Counted from the first letter of the stretch, positions 44,959 through 55,500 are shown. The stretch: DNA of 64,000 bases from Candidatus Multivorans sp. (GCA_965238135.1 OZ250177.1:541744-605743), one strand, 5' to 3'. The notes: generated by a model from the letters alone, not told the origin. Made by a program: numbers and translations.

Positions 44959-45596
44959 GTGCCGCTCCGGTTCTCCGCGTCCACGTCGAAGGACATGATC
45001 ATCATGTCGCGCGTGCGCCCGGAGCGGTCGATCACCCAGTCCGTGAGCAGGGCCTCGGCCGAGAAGCCGAGCCGTTCGAAGAGCCGGCGGGCGCCGATCT
45101 GCTCGCGCGTCATCTGCGCCACGAGCTTGAGCAGGCCCAGGTCGTGCGCCGTGTCGAACACGCGCTGGGTCAGGACGCGGCCTAGACCGGAACGTCGGTG
45201 GCCTTCCGCGATGATCACGCGGATCTCGCCTAGGTGGCTCATCCACTGCAGGTCCCTCAGATTCAGGCTTCCATAGCCCACCAGCTCGTCCTCGTAGTAG
45301 GCAAGGGTCGTGAAACGGCTGCCGGAACTGGCGTCGCGGATCCAGCCCTCGACCACGTCCGGATCGGTGAGGTCGGAGCGCAGGAACTGCAGATCGATCT
45401 CGGGCAGGGCGCGGGCGAGGCTCACGATGTCGTCACGGTCTTCGGGCCGCAGGCGGCGCAACGCGTAGACGCGGTCGCCGCATTGGACCCGCTCGCCGAC
45501 GTCGTTGTTTTCGCTGCGCTGAGTCGAACCGTCGGCGCCGGGATCGGTTCCCGGCAGCAGGACAGAGGCAGTCAGGGCACTGCGGAGGTCGGACAT
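44955..45596 (-). CDS. GNAT-family N-acetyltransferase
   Basis: Acetyl-CoA binding motif HRRSGLGRVL... and GNAT fold motifs (LVGYGSL, RLFERLGF). Confidence 0.8.
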   Translation of the reverse strand: MSDLRSALTASVLLPGTDPGADGSTQRSENNDVGERVQCGDRVYALRRLRPEDRDDIVSLARALPEIDLQFLRSDLTDPDVVEGWIRDASSGSRFTTLAYYEDELVGYGSLNLRDLQWMSHLGEIRVIIAEGHRRSGLGRVLTQRVFDTAHDLGLLKLVAQMTREQIGARRLFERLGFSAEALLTDWVIDRSGRTRDMMIMSFDVDAENRSGT

Positions 45597-45751
45597 GCGC
45601 GAAGCGAACGCGTTGACGGCAGGGCCTTTCGAAGAGGCGCCCAGTGGGCCAACCAGCCAACGCTAGCACCATGCGCCGCTCCGCACCACACGCGCGTTGC
45701 CGCATCCCGGTCGGGTATCGTCGCGCGAACCAAACCGAAGGAGAAAGCGAG

Positions 45752-46831
45752 ATGGCTCCGATACCGAAGGGCGGCACGGTCGCGGTCACGGGCAGCGCCG
45801 GTTTCGTCGGCGGCTGGGCGGTCCGCCTGCTGCTGGACAAGGGCTACCGGGTGCGCGCCTGTGTGCGGGACGCGAACGACCCGGAGAAGACGACCTTTCT
45901 GCGCGAGATGCCGGGGTACGCCTCGGGCCGGCTGACCATCCACTCCGCGAACCTGGACGAAGCGGGCTGCTTCGACGACATCTTCGCCGGTTGCCACGGC
46001 GTCGCACACATCGCGCACGTCAGCGACTACAACGACTTCGACTACGTCAAGAACGTGTGCGACCACATCGTCGCGAGCATCGAGAAGTCGGGATCGGTGA
46101 CGCGCGTCGTCGTCACCTCGAGCATCGCCGCGGTGATCATGGAGGCCGACATCTACGAGTTCGTCCGGCGGCCCGTCCTGTACGAGGACCGCTATCCGGA
46201 CGAGCAGAACCCGAAGCGCACGCCGGAGCGCGGCCACGGATACTCGATGAGCAAGGTGTACGCGCAGCGAGCGTTCACGGACGCGGCGGAGAAGAGCGGC
46301 CGCTGGGACGCGATCACCTGTTGCCCGGGCGACAACGTCGGCCCCATCCTGTCGGCGCACCAGAAGGACAAGGGGCCCTGGCAGCACAACATCGAGTTGA
46401 TGCTGAGCGGCTCGTGCACGCAGACCCAGGCCTACCGGCCTTGGATGACGGTCGATGTCCGCGACGACGCGGAGTGCCACATCCGGCTGCTCGAGAGTGT
46501 CGACGTACACAACGGCGAACGCTTCATCGCCTGGTCGACGGACGCCGTGCCGGTGGAGGAGATCAACGCGGGCATCGATCGCCTGCTGCCGGAGATCCGC
46601 CACGCCACGCCGGAGGTGGCGGACAACCATCCCGAGCACGTGCAGAAACGGGAGGAGGAGCTGCGCGGGATCTGGGCCGGCTGCGAACTGCGCAACGACC
46701 GGATGCGGGCGGCCACGGGCATCGCCTTCCGGCCCTTCGACGAATCGCTGCGCGACTGCGTGGAGTCGCTGCTCGCGGTGGCCGGGGTGGAACCGAAGCG
46801 ACGGCCGGAGACGGAGGGCGGTGGGGAGTAG
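45752..46831 (+). CDS. NAD(P)-dependent epimerase/dehydratase-family oxidoreductase (extended SDR, cinnamoyl-CoA/dihydroflavonol reductase-like)
   Basis: AAGGAGAAAG RBS. Rossmann motif VTGSAGFVGGWAVRLLLDKGYRV; catalytic YxxxK (YSMSKVYAQRA). Confidence 0.8.
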   Translation: MAPIPKGGTVAVTGSAGFVGGWAVRLLLDKGYRVRACVRDANDPEKTTFLREMPGYASGRLTIHSANLDEAGCFDDIFAGCHGVAHIAHVSDYNDFDYVKNVCDHIVASIEKSGSVTRVVVTSSIAAVIMEADIYEFVRRPVLYEDRYPDEQNPKRTPERGHGYSMSKVYAQRAFTDAAEKSGRWDAITCCPGDNVGPILSAHQKDKGPWQHNIELMLSGSCTQTQAYRPWMTVDVRDDAECHIRLLESVDVHNGERFIAWSTDAVPVEEINAGIDRLLPEIRHATPEVADNHPEHVQKREEELRGIWAGCELRNDRMRAATGIAFRPFDESLRDCVESLLAVAGVEPKRRPETEGGGE

Positions 46832-46834
46832 CAG

Positions 46835-47637
46835 TGGCTGGCCGCAGCCAAGCCCGCTTTGCTGGCGTAGCGGTCGCGCTGTTGCTTTTCCTGCCGGCCG
46901 CAGCCATCGGGCAAACCGCGGAGGGACCGGAGAACCCGTACACCAGCAGCGTCGACGCCCGGATGGGAGCACGGCAGTACGGGTTGAGATGCGTCAGTTG
47001 CCACGGGCTGCTCGGCACCGGGGGAGAGGAGGGCGACGGCCCGGACCTCACGACCGGGCGATTCCGGCACGCGACGACGGACGCCGGGCTCTACCGGGTC
47101 ATCCGGAATGGCGTCGAGGGCACCTCGATGCGGGGCTTGCGGCGCGCCAAGGACCAGGTGATCTGGCAGTTGGTCACCTACCTTGGTTCGCTCTCGGATG
47201 CCGTCGATCTTGCCTCCCTTCCCGGGTCGGTGGAGGCCGGCAGGGAAGCGTTCGAGCGTTTCGACTGCGGCCGCTGCCACATGGTTCACGGCCGCGGCGG
47301 CCGTCTCGGTCCCGATCTGTCGAGGGTCGGCGAGCGGCGCAACCCCACAGAGTTGGTTGAGGACCTGACGGAACCGAATGCCGAGGTCGCGCCGCGCTGG
47401 TGGACGCTGCGGGTCACGCGCGCCGACGGCGCCGTGATCGAGGGCCTGAGAATGGGCGAGGACACCTTCAACCTGCGGATCATGGACGGTGACGACGAGC
47501 TCCGATCCTTCTCGAAGGCGGCGGTTGGCAAGGTCGAGCGGATAGAGGAATCGTCGATGCCGGTGGAGCCGCTTTCGGACGAAGAGCGCGACGACCTGGT
47601 CGCCTATCTGTCCTCGCTTCGGAGGAGCGAATCGTGA
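46835..47637 (+). CDS. Diheme c-type cytochrome (likely electron acceptor for the downstream PQQ dehydrogenase)
   Basis: GTG start 3 nt after the SDR stop. Signal peptide FAGVAVALLLFLPAAAIGQ. Two CxxCH motifs (CVSCH, CGRCH). Confidence 0.75.
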
Positions 47638-49271
47638 GGTGGCTCATCGCGGCGCCGGCCATCCTGCTGCTGGCCTCCGCGCCGGTCCTCCTGGCCCAGG
47701 AAGGGGTGGGTGAGGGAGGACCGGTGCTGTCGCCGGTGACCTGGGATCGGCTGTTGAACTCGGACGACGAGCCGCACAACTGGCTGATGTACCACGGCGC
47801 CTTGCATGGGCAGCGTTTCAGCCGCCTCGACCAGATCGACCGCGAGAACGTCGGTCGGCTCGAACTGAAGTGGGCCCACCAGATCCGGCAGCTCGACCGG
47901 AACGAGACGACGCCCCTGGTGGTCGACGGCGTGATGTTCATCACCGAGTCGCCCAGCAACGTGACCGCCGTCGATGCGGCGACGGGGCGCCCCTACTGGC
48001 GCTACGAACACCCGGTGCCGGATGACATCCGGGTCTGCTGCGGTCGCAACAACCGGGGTGTCGCGATCCTGGGCGAGACGCTCTACATGAGCACGAACGA
48101 CGCCCACCTGGTGGCGATCGACGCGCGCTCCGGCTCCCTGCTGTGGGAAACGGAGGTCGAAGAGCACACGAAGGGCTACAGCAAGACCTCGGCGCCGCTC
48201 GTCGTCGGCGACACGGTCGTTACCGGCATCGCCGGTGGCGAGTACGGCATCCGCGGCTTCATCGACGGCTACGACGCCGCGACCGGCGAACGTAGGTGGC
48301 GTACCTACACGGTCCCGGGCCCTGGCGAGCCGCACAACGACACCTGGGCGGGTGACTCCTGGCGTACGGGCGGCGCGCCGACTTGGCTCACCGGCGTCTA
48401 CGACCTGGATCTCGACCTCATCTACTGGGGCACAGGCAACCCGGCGCCGGACTGGAACGGCGACCTGCGGCTCGGCGACAATCTGTACTCGTCGTCGGTG
48501 CTGGCGCTCGACGGGAAGACCGGGAAGATCGTCTGGCACTTTCAGTTCACGCCCCACGACGTCTGGGACTGGGACGCGATCCAGGTGCCGGTGCTGGCTG
48601 AGGTTGAAGTCTCCGGCGAGCCGATGAAGGCGATGCTGTGGGCCAACCGGAACGCCTTCTACTACCTGCTGAACCGGCAGAACGGCAAGTTCGTGCTCGG
48701 GGAGGCGTTCGCCATGCAGAACTGGGCCGACGGACTCGACGAGGAAGGGCGGCCGCTGCTGCGCGAGAACGTGTTTCCGACCGAGGAGGGCACCCTCATC
48801 GCGCCGATGGCCGGCGGCGCCACGAACTGGTGGTCGCCGGCCTACAGTCCGCAAACGGGGCTGCTCTACGTGAACGCCTTCGACGGCGAGGCCATCTACT
48901 ACCAGCGTGACGACGAGTACGTGGAGGGCAGCAACTTCCTCGGCGGCGGCATGCGAATGGCAAAACCGACCGAGCACTACCAGAGCGCCATCCGGGCGGT
49001 CGAGGCTGTGACCGGCGAGGTGCGCTGGGAGTTCCCGATCACGCCGAGAACCCGCAGCGGCGTCCTGGCCACGGCCGGCGGCCTGGTCTGGAGCGCCAGC
49101 GTCGACGGCTACTTCTTCGCCCTGGACGAGGAGACCGGGGAGCCGCTGTGGCGGATCTCGCTCGGCGCCGCGCCGCACGCCTCGCCGATGACCTACGCGG
49201 TCGGCGGCGAGCAGCGGGTCGTGGTGGCGATGGGCAACGTCGTCTTCGTGTTCGGGCTCGCGGACGAGTAG
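47634..49271 (+). CDS. PQQ-dependent alcohol/methanol dehydrogenase family quinoprotein (type I, XoxF/PedH/ExaA-like)
   Basis: GTGA overlap with the cytochrome stop. Signal peptide. Vicinal disulfide CC (DIRVCCGRNNRG). Propeller W-motifs. Active-site region TPHDVWDWDAIQ with D-x-D. Confidence 0.85.
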   Translation: MRWLIAAPAILLLASAPVLLAQEGVGEGGPVLSPVTWDRLLNSDDEPHNWLMYHGALHGQRFSRLDQIDRENVGRLELKWAHQIRQLDRNETTPLVVDGVMFITESPSNVTAVDAATGRPYWRYEHPVPDDIRVCCGRNNRGVAILGETLYMSTNDAHLVAIDARSGSLLWETEVEEHTKGYSKTSAPLVVGDTVVTGIAGGEYGIRGFIDGYDAATGERRWRTYTVPGPGEPHNDTWAGDSWRTGGAPTWLTGVYDLDLDLIYWGTGNPAPDWNGDLRLGDNLYSSSVLALDGKTGKIVWHFQFTPHDVWDWDAIQVPVLAEVEVSGEPMKAMLWANRNAFYYLLNRQNGKFVLGEAFAMQNWADGLDEEGRPLLRENVFPTEEGTLIAPMAGGATNWWSPAYSPQTGLLYVNAFDGEAIYYQRDDEYVEGSNFLGGGMRMAKPTEHYQSAIRAVEAVTGEVRWEFPITPRTRSGVLATAGGLVWSASVDGYFFALDEETGEPLWRISLGAAPHASPMTYAVGGEQRVVVAMGNVVFVFGLADE

Positions 49272-49353
49272 CACGGCGACCCTGCTCATCGGCGACGCGC
49301 TGGACGCGGCCGACGGCGTTGTCGACGGGTCGGCCGGCTGTCCCACCGTCTCG

Positions 49354-49746
49354 GTGACGAACGGTTTGCCCGACCAGGACGCGCTCGCCCGCGTGTTCGC
49401 CGATCCGAACTGCTTCAGCTTCCAGGAGATGTTCCCGGGCGGCTTCCAGCCCGTGTTCGGCGGCGAACGAACCGACGCTTCCCTGGTCGGCGGCGTGCGC
49501 GGGTACACCGCCTCGGGGACGATCTGGGACGTGAGCGTCAGCGCCCATCTGGTCGACCTGGAAGCCGCGGCCACGCTCGACGCCTCGACCCGGCTCGTGA
49601 TCGGAGGCCGCAATGCGCTGGACGAAGCCGCGGACCGCAATCCGAATCCGACTGTGATCGGCAACCTCTACAGCACGCGTGCTCCGTTCGACATCAACGG
49701 CGGCTTCTACTACGCCCGGTTGCAGTACCGCTGGGGCGGGGGCTAG
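49354..49746 (+). CDS. Hypothetical protein (possible gene remnant), no signal peptide
   Basis: 130-aa ORF with strongly gene-like GC3. The frame is open upstream into the PQQ-ADH 3' end with no better start. Ends ...FYYARLQYRWGGG. Confidence 0.3.
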   Translation: MTNGLPDQDALARVFADPNCFSFQEMFPGGFQPVFGGERTDASLVGGVRGYTASGTIWDVSVSAHLVDLEAAATLDASTRLVIGGRNALDEAADRNPNPTVIGNLYSTRAPFDINGGFYYARLQYRWGGG

Positions 49747-49832
49747 CAACCAGCGGTTGTCGCTCCGACCCTGGGAACGCGGGCGTCTCGCCCGCATCCG
49801 GCGTGAAGCGCTGGCTCGGTTGGCGCTAGCTG

Positions 49833-50840
49833 CTACAAGTCAGCGCCTTCAGGCCGGGGTCCGCGTTCGTTTGCGGCGCAGAGTTCCAGGAACTCCGCTT
49901 CGCTCCGGCACCTGAGCGCGGCGCGAATCAACTCGGCCACCGGTACCTCCCCGAGTTCCAGGAGCCGGACCTTCAGGGCGGGCGTGGTCGGGATGCCGCG
50001 CTCCCTGAGGACTGCCGTCACCGTCTCGTAGCCTGTCTCGGATCGTATCTCGGCCCGGCCCTCGTCGCGGTGGCGGCGAAGCCATCGATCGTCGTCCGGA
50101 CCGGTGCCTTCCGCGGCGCCAAGGGCTCTCCCGACGCGATGCAGTGCGGCCTCCGTCGAGGCCGACATCGTGTGCTCGTTCAGCGCTCGGTGGATCTCCT
50201 TCGCGGTCCAACTGGGGAAGGCGCGGCTGGTTCGCGCGGTGCGGAAGCGGCCTCCTTCGAGAACATGGATCATAAGTCCCGAGACACGAGACTTCGGCCG
50301 GCTCGGCGACGGCGCGTCGGGCACGTCGACCCAGACCTCGGGGAAGCCACACGCTTCGTACAGCGGCAGCTTGCGTACCCTGACATCGGTCGAGTAGTCG
50401 ACCTCCAGGATCACGTCCGGCAGAGCATCGCCGTCCACGTCAACCTTCGGGGTCAGTTCATCGGCTGGCGGTGGGTGCAGGTAGAGGATCTGGTCGGCCT
50501 GCATCAGGACATGAGGTCTACCGCCAGCATCGAACCGTACGAGGTCTGTCGTCCCGTACGCCTCGATCGGCGATCCGCGTTCCGCAGCCAGTCGTTCCGA
50601 CAGCTTGGCGAGCCGGTGTGACGGGCCTTCGTGGAACCGCGTGGTCGGTTCGCCGACGACCATCGCCGTTTCGGTGCGCGCCTCCCAGTACTCGAGGCGG
50701 CCCTCGTAGTCCTCGATGTCTTCGAGTGGAATGTGAACCGGCCGGCAACCGGGGAAGTCGGCCGGATCGAGCGGCGCCGCTTCCGGGTCGCGCTCTTCCT
50801 CCGACGGCGACAGCGTCGCCGTGTGCGCGGGCTCAGCCAT
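49833..50840 (-). CDS. Uma2-family (DUF820) PD-(D/E)xK endonuclease-like protein with C-terminal extension
   Basis: Core DVILEVDYSTDVRVRKLPLYEACGFPEVWVVD (D...E.K region) typical of Uma2/DUF820. Start at 50840 (alternative 50870). Confidence 0.65.
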   Translation of the reverse strand: MAEPAHTATLSPSEEERDPEAAPLDPADFPGCRPVHIPLEDIEDYEGRLEYWEARTETAMVVGEPTTRFHEGPSHRLAKLSERLAAERGSPIEAYGTTDLVRFDAGGRPHVLMQADQILYLHPPPADELTPKVDVDGDALPDVILEVDYSTDVRVRKLPLYEACGFPEVWVDVPDAPSPSRPKSRVSGLMIHVLEGGRFRTARTSRAFPSWTAKEIHRALNEHTMSASTEAALHRVGRALGAAEGTGPDDDRWLRRHRDEGRAEIRSETGYETVTAVLRERGIPTTPALKVRLLELGEVPVAELIRAALRCRSEAEFLELCAANERGPRPEGADL

Positions 50841-50937
50841 GGCGGTGATCCTATCGGGCCCGAGGACCATGGCTGAACCACTACACCTCCATCTTCGCCT
50901 GTCCGTGACGGGAGAGCTGCTGGGATCCTGCTTGGCC

Positions 50938-51600
50938 CTATGCTGCGATTCTCGGCTCCTCCGCCGAGAACGCCTTGTCGGCTGACTCAAAGCGCGTATG
51001 GAGCTCATCGAGACGGTGGGTGAAGTCCATGGTGCCCGTCGTCTTACGGTCCGTCCAGTACTTCCCCGTGAGAGTGGTTGGTCGAAGCCGCGGCCCATGC
51101 GTCCCGACGACGATGGCTCCATGATGCATCTCGCTGATCCGCTCGTTACGCAGATGAATGTTGGGCTCGTTGGCGTAGACACCGATCACTTGGAAGCCCT
51201 CTCCGTTGGGTGACGGTTGCACATGGCTGGCGATGAAGGACGACTCCGACTCAGGTGTCATGAGGTGCATCTGAAGAGTCGACAGCGTCTGCTTCACCCC
51301 CATGTAGCAGAGGATCGTTGGGATTGTCTCGCCCGTGTCGGGATCAATGTAGCTGGACTGAAGTTCGACTCGCCAAGTGCCTCGTAGATCCGGTCTGTTG
51401 ACAAGCCAGCCTTGCAGAAAGGACTGCCGCCAAGCGTAGCGCTCGAAGAGAAAGCCAAGCGAGACCAAAACTCCCACGACGCTGGAGAAGGGCGCGGCGT
51501 GATCCCAAGAAACAGGGGTGCCGCGAGCCACCAACACGGTGGACCATACGATCGCGGAGATTCCGACAAAAACGGTGATGTGGAGGCGCTCAAGCCTCAC
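50938..51600 (-). CDS. N-terminal 2-TM + C-terminal beta-rich domain protein; candidate membrane effector of the adjacent SMODS gene (Cap15/S-2TMbeta or SLATT-like)
   Basis: GTG at 51600, 3 nt after the SMODS stop (translational coupling); alternative ATG at 51666 overlaps SMODS. TM helices ITVFVGISAIVWSTVLVA and FSSVVGVLVSLGFLF, then a ~150-aa region rich in alternating hydrophobic residues. Lies in a lower-GC islet. Confidence 0.55.
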   Translation of the reverse strand: MRLERLHITVFVGISAIVWSTVLVARGTPVSWDHAAPFSSVVGVLVSLGFLFERYAWRQSFLQGWLVNRPDLRGTWRVELQSSYIDPDTGETIPTILCYMGVKQTLSTLQMHLMTPESESSFIASHVQPSPNGEGFQVIGVYANEPNIHLRNERISEMHHGAIVVGTHGPRLRPTTLTGKYWTDRKTTGTMDFTHRLDELHTRFESADKAFSAEEPRIAA

Positions 51601-51602
51601 GA

Positions 51603-52258
51603 CTAGCGTGCTCCCAGGTAGGCCCACGCGGCATTGATGAAGGCGCGTGCCTGGACCGGTGTCCACGGTTGAGACTGTGCAAAGAGGAGCTTAACTTTGT
51701 CGACCTCACGCCACGTCTGCCAACTCGATCCGCTGTCGATCTGGGTCCCGAGATACCCCAACACGGCTCCGAGTCGGGCATACCAGCCGTAGCGATCGAA
51801 ACAGGTGTCGGGAGCGTTCCAGGTCAAGCACTCGAGGAGGTATCCTGGGATCGACTGAGCGGCAGGATGGCCGGCGTCGTCCAGTTCGCTGCGGAGATTC
51901 TTCAGGATGCGCACCAAACCACGGTAGCGCCGATGTGTGCGATCGTTCTTGTCGCGTCCGTTCTCATAGTGCTCCTTTGGCCACGAAGCGAAGAGTGCCT
52001 CCGGGTACTGTCCAACGCCGAGAAGGCGTCCGTGTAGAGCACGCCGACGTCTACATCACTATCGGCCCGGACGTTTACACGGTTGCGATAGGAACCCTGA
52101 ACGAAGACACGGACAGAGTGCGAGCGCAGCTTCGGACCAAGTACAGCGTGGCGGTCTATCGCGTTCCTGATGATCCCAACAGCGTTGTCGCAGCGAGTCT
52201 GCTCAGTCGAGCCTGGCGACTGAGCAGACTGCGTGAAGGTAGTTTCCCAGTCCGGCAT
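51603..52258 (-). pseudogene. SMODS/CD-NTase nucleotidyltransferase with an apparent +/-1 frameshift near 51990
   Basis: N-terminal frame encodes ...VRVFVQGSYRNRVNVRADSDVDVGVLYTDAFSALDS (GS...DxDh NTase motif) then runs into non-protein-like sequence and a stop. A second frame continues ...PEALFASWPKEHYENGRDKNDRTHRRYRGLVRILKNLRSELDD...AWAYLGAR* to 51603. Either a genuine pseudogene or an assembly/sequencing indel. Confidence 0.65.
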
Positions 52259-52560
52259 TCTTCGGGGCCTCTATAGATGCACTGGCAAGGTATCGTCGGT
52301 CCGGCTAGCGTGATCCGTACGTCCGAGAGAATCCTCTGGAGGTGACCTGCGTTGGTCATAGCCCGGTGGGCGCAAGGAGTATGGTCGCCGCTGCACGACA
52401 TCGAGCCGGCGCTCGGCGCTGGAGACTATGGTCGCTGCTGAACGTGGTCAAGCGAGTTGGCCCACCGCCGTGGCGATCCGACTTTCGTGTCTCGTCCGCA
52501 TGGATGTCGTTGAAGAGAGGTCCCGGTTCGCCGGACGGCAGTTGGTCTGACTGGCCGCGT

Positions 52561-55500
52561 TCACGAACCCCGCAGCGCCGGAGCGCCGTGTGGGATGTTC
52601 AGGCCGGCGCTCCGCGACGCTTTCCGGCGCGCACGCATCGCCCGGCGGCGTTCGCGTCCGCGCTCGACCAGCAGGTAGAGCGAGGGCACGAAGATCAGCG
52701 TGATCAACGTCGAGGCGAGCAGGCCGCCGACCACGACCCGCGCCAGGGGCGCCTGCAGTTCGGCCCCCTCGCCGATTCCGAGGGTAAGCGGCAGCAGGCC
52801 GAGCGCGGTGGTCAGCGTCGTCATCAGGATCGGCCGCAGGCGGCGCCGGGAGCCGCGGATCAGCGCCTCGTGGAGGGTGCAGCCGACCTCCCGGCGCATC
52901 CGGTTCACGTTGTCCACCAGCACGATCGCGTTGTTGACCACGATGCCGACCAGAACGACGAGGCCGAGGAAGGAGTTCATGTTCAGGGTGGTGCCGGTGA
53001 TAGCGAGCGTCAGGAGCACACCGAGAAGGGAGAACGGCACCGCGGTCATGATCACCAAGGGCTGGACCAGGGACTCGAACTGGACCGCCATCACGGTGTA
53101 GACGAGGAAGACCGCAAGCAGCACGCCGATCACGAGTTCCAGGAACACCTGGCGTTGCTCCTCGAGTTCGCCGCCCATGTCGATGGTGAAGCCGTAGGGT
53201 GTCTCGACCCGCGCCAGCGCGGCCTCGACGTCGTTCGCCACGTCGCTGAAACGGCGGCCGTCGATGCCGGCCAGGACCTGCATGATGCGCTGCTGGTTCT
53301 CACGGTTGATGGACAGCGGCCCCTCCCCGGGTTCGATGCTCACGATCGAGCCCAGGCGCACCACGTCGCCGTACGGGGTGACGATGGGCAGTTGCGGTAG
53401 CTGCTCGAGGCGCAGCCGGTCCTCCGGCTGGAGCTGGACCCGGATGTCGAACTCGTCGCCCTGGTCGCGGAACCGCGTCGCCACGCGCCCGAGGATGTAG
53501 TGCTCGACCGCGTCGGCGACCTGGCTGCCGTTCAGACCCAGTTCGGCCAGCCGGGCGCGATCGACCCGCAGCGTGCGTTCGAGCTGGCCGGCCTCGCGGT
53601 CGAGGCGGGGGTGGACGACTCCCGGAACTGTCGCCATCGCGTCGACCACGCGCTGGGCGAGCTCGTTGCCCTGGTCCAGGTCGTGGCCGCGGATCTCGAC
53701 CACCAGGCGGGCGTCCTGGCCGCCGCGCATCATGCGCATCATCATGTTGCTGGAGGAGGCGTAGAGTTCGATGTCGGCTGCCGGCACGTCGGCGATCGCG
53801 CGGCGGATCGACGCCACGATCTCGTCCTGGCCGCGACTCCGCTCGGTGATGGGGGTGAGCAGGATCTCCATCGTGCCCTGGTTGGACTGGGCGGGCCGCC
53901 ACCAGCTCTCGGGCCCGGCGGTGGTGAGCAGATTGTCGAGTTCTTCAGGCTGCACGGCGCCGCGGACCCGCGCCTCGATCTCAGCCATGGTGGAGGTGGT
54001 GACGTCGAGCGGCGAGCCGACCGGCATCTCGACCTGCATGTTGAGGCGGCCCTCGTCGCTTTCGGGCATCAACTCGAGCCCGATCACCGGCACCAGGGTG
54101 AAGGACCCGAAGAGCAGCACGACGGCCGTGGCCAGGACCAGGCCGGGCCGGCCGAGGGCCCACTTGATCATGCGGCCGTAGGCGAGGTCGACCGGACCGA
54201 GGGCGGCTACGCGTTCGTCGTCGGTTCGGCGGCTTGCCGGCACCTTGCGCAGCCACCTCGCGGCCGCCGCGGGAATCAGGGTCAGGGCGACGAATAGTGC
54301 GCACAGCAGCGAGAAACTGACCGTGATCGCCAACTGGTTGAAGAAGATGCCGGCGAACCCGGAGATGAAGACCACGGGCAGGAACACGGCCACGGTGGTC
54401 AGGGTGCCGGCGGCGATCGCCATCGCCACCTCGTTGCTGCCGGCGATCGCCGCGGCGGTGGGGCGTTCGCCCTCGTGGAGCCGGCGGTAGATGCTCTCGA
54501 GCACCACGATCGAGCCGTCGACGAGCATGCCGATCCCGAGTGCGATGCCGGCCAGGGAGATGACGTTCAGCGTGAAGCCGTTGAAGTACATCAGGGCGAT
54601 CGTGGCCAGCACCGAGATCGGGATGGCGGCGCCGACGATCAGGGTCGCCCGCAGGTCACGGAGGAAGAAGAAGAGCACCAGGACTGCCAGCGTGGCGCCG
54701 AACATCGCCCCCACCTGGACGTTGTTCACGGCTTGACGGATGAAGGCGGCGCTGTCCATGAGGATCGAGATCTCGGCTCGGCCGGCGTAGTCGCGATTGA
54801 TCGCGTCGATCTCCCGCTTCAGCCGGTCCACGACCTCGACCGTGTTCGAGCCGGACTGCTTCTGCACGAACATCCGCATGCCGGGCGCGCCGTTGATCCA
54901 GAGCTCGTTCGTCAACTCGCGGATGCCGTCTTCGACCCGCCCGACGTCGCGCACGAGGATCGGGCGCCCGTCACGGATCGCGACGATCGTGTTCTCGACA
55001 TCGACCTTGCGCTCGAATTCACCGATCGTACGGATGAGGACCTCGCGCCCCGTCTCGAGCATGTCGCCGGCCGAGACGTTGCGGTTCTCCCGTGACAGGG
55101 CCATCGTGACCTCGCTGGGTGTGATGCCGAGCGCGGCCATCCGGTCGGCGGCGAGCTGGACCTGGATCTCCCGCACCCGGCCGCCCTGGATGTCGACGGC
55201 GGCGACCCCTTGCAGGCGCTCGAGGCGGCGGCTGATCGTCTCCTCGGCCAGGTGGCGGATCTGGCGGGCGTCTCCTGCGCCGGAGAGGCCTAGGAAGACG
55301 ACGGGCATGTCCGAGAGATTGAACTTGAACAGGGTCGGCGCGGAGGCGTCTTCCGGCAGCGTGCCGCGTACGAAGTCGAGCTGCTCGCGGATGTCGTTCA
55401 CGACCTCGTTCAGGTCGACTCCCCAGTCGAACTGGGCCTGAATGCTGCTCATGCCCTCCGCGGACATGGAGCTCAGTTGGTCGAGGCCGGTGACGGTGGC

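Noticed and set aside
45697-47637. 646-aa ORF apparently fusing the SDR and cytochrome genes
   Set aside because: It is an out-of-frame read-through of the SDR gene that only becomes the true cytochrome c frame near its 3' end. The real genes are 45752-46831 and 46835-47637.
47604-49664. 686-aa minus-strand ORF
   Set aside because: Antisense of the PQQ-ADH gene, which has a signal peptide, the CC motif and propeller repeats on the plus strand.
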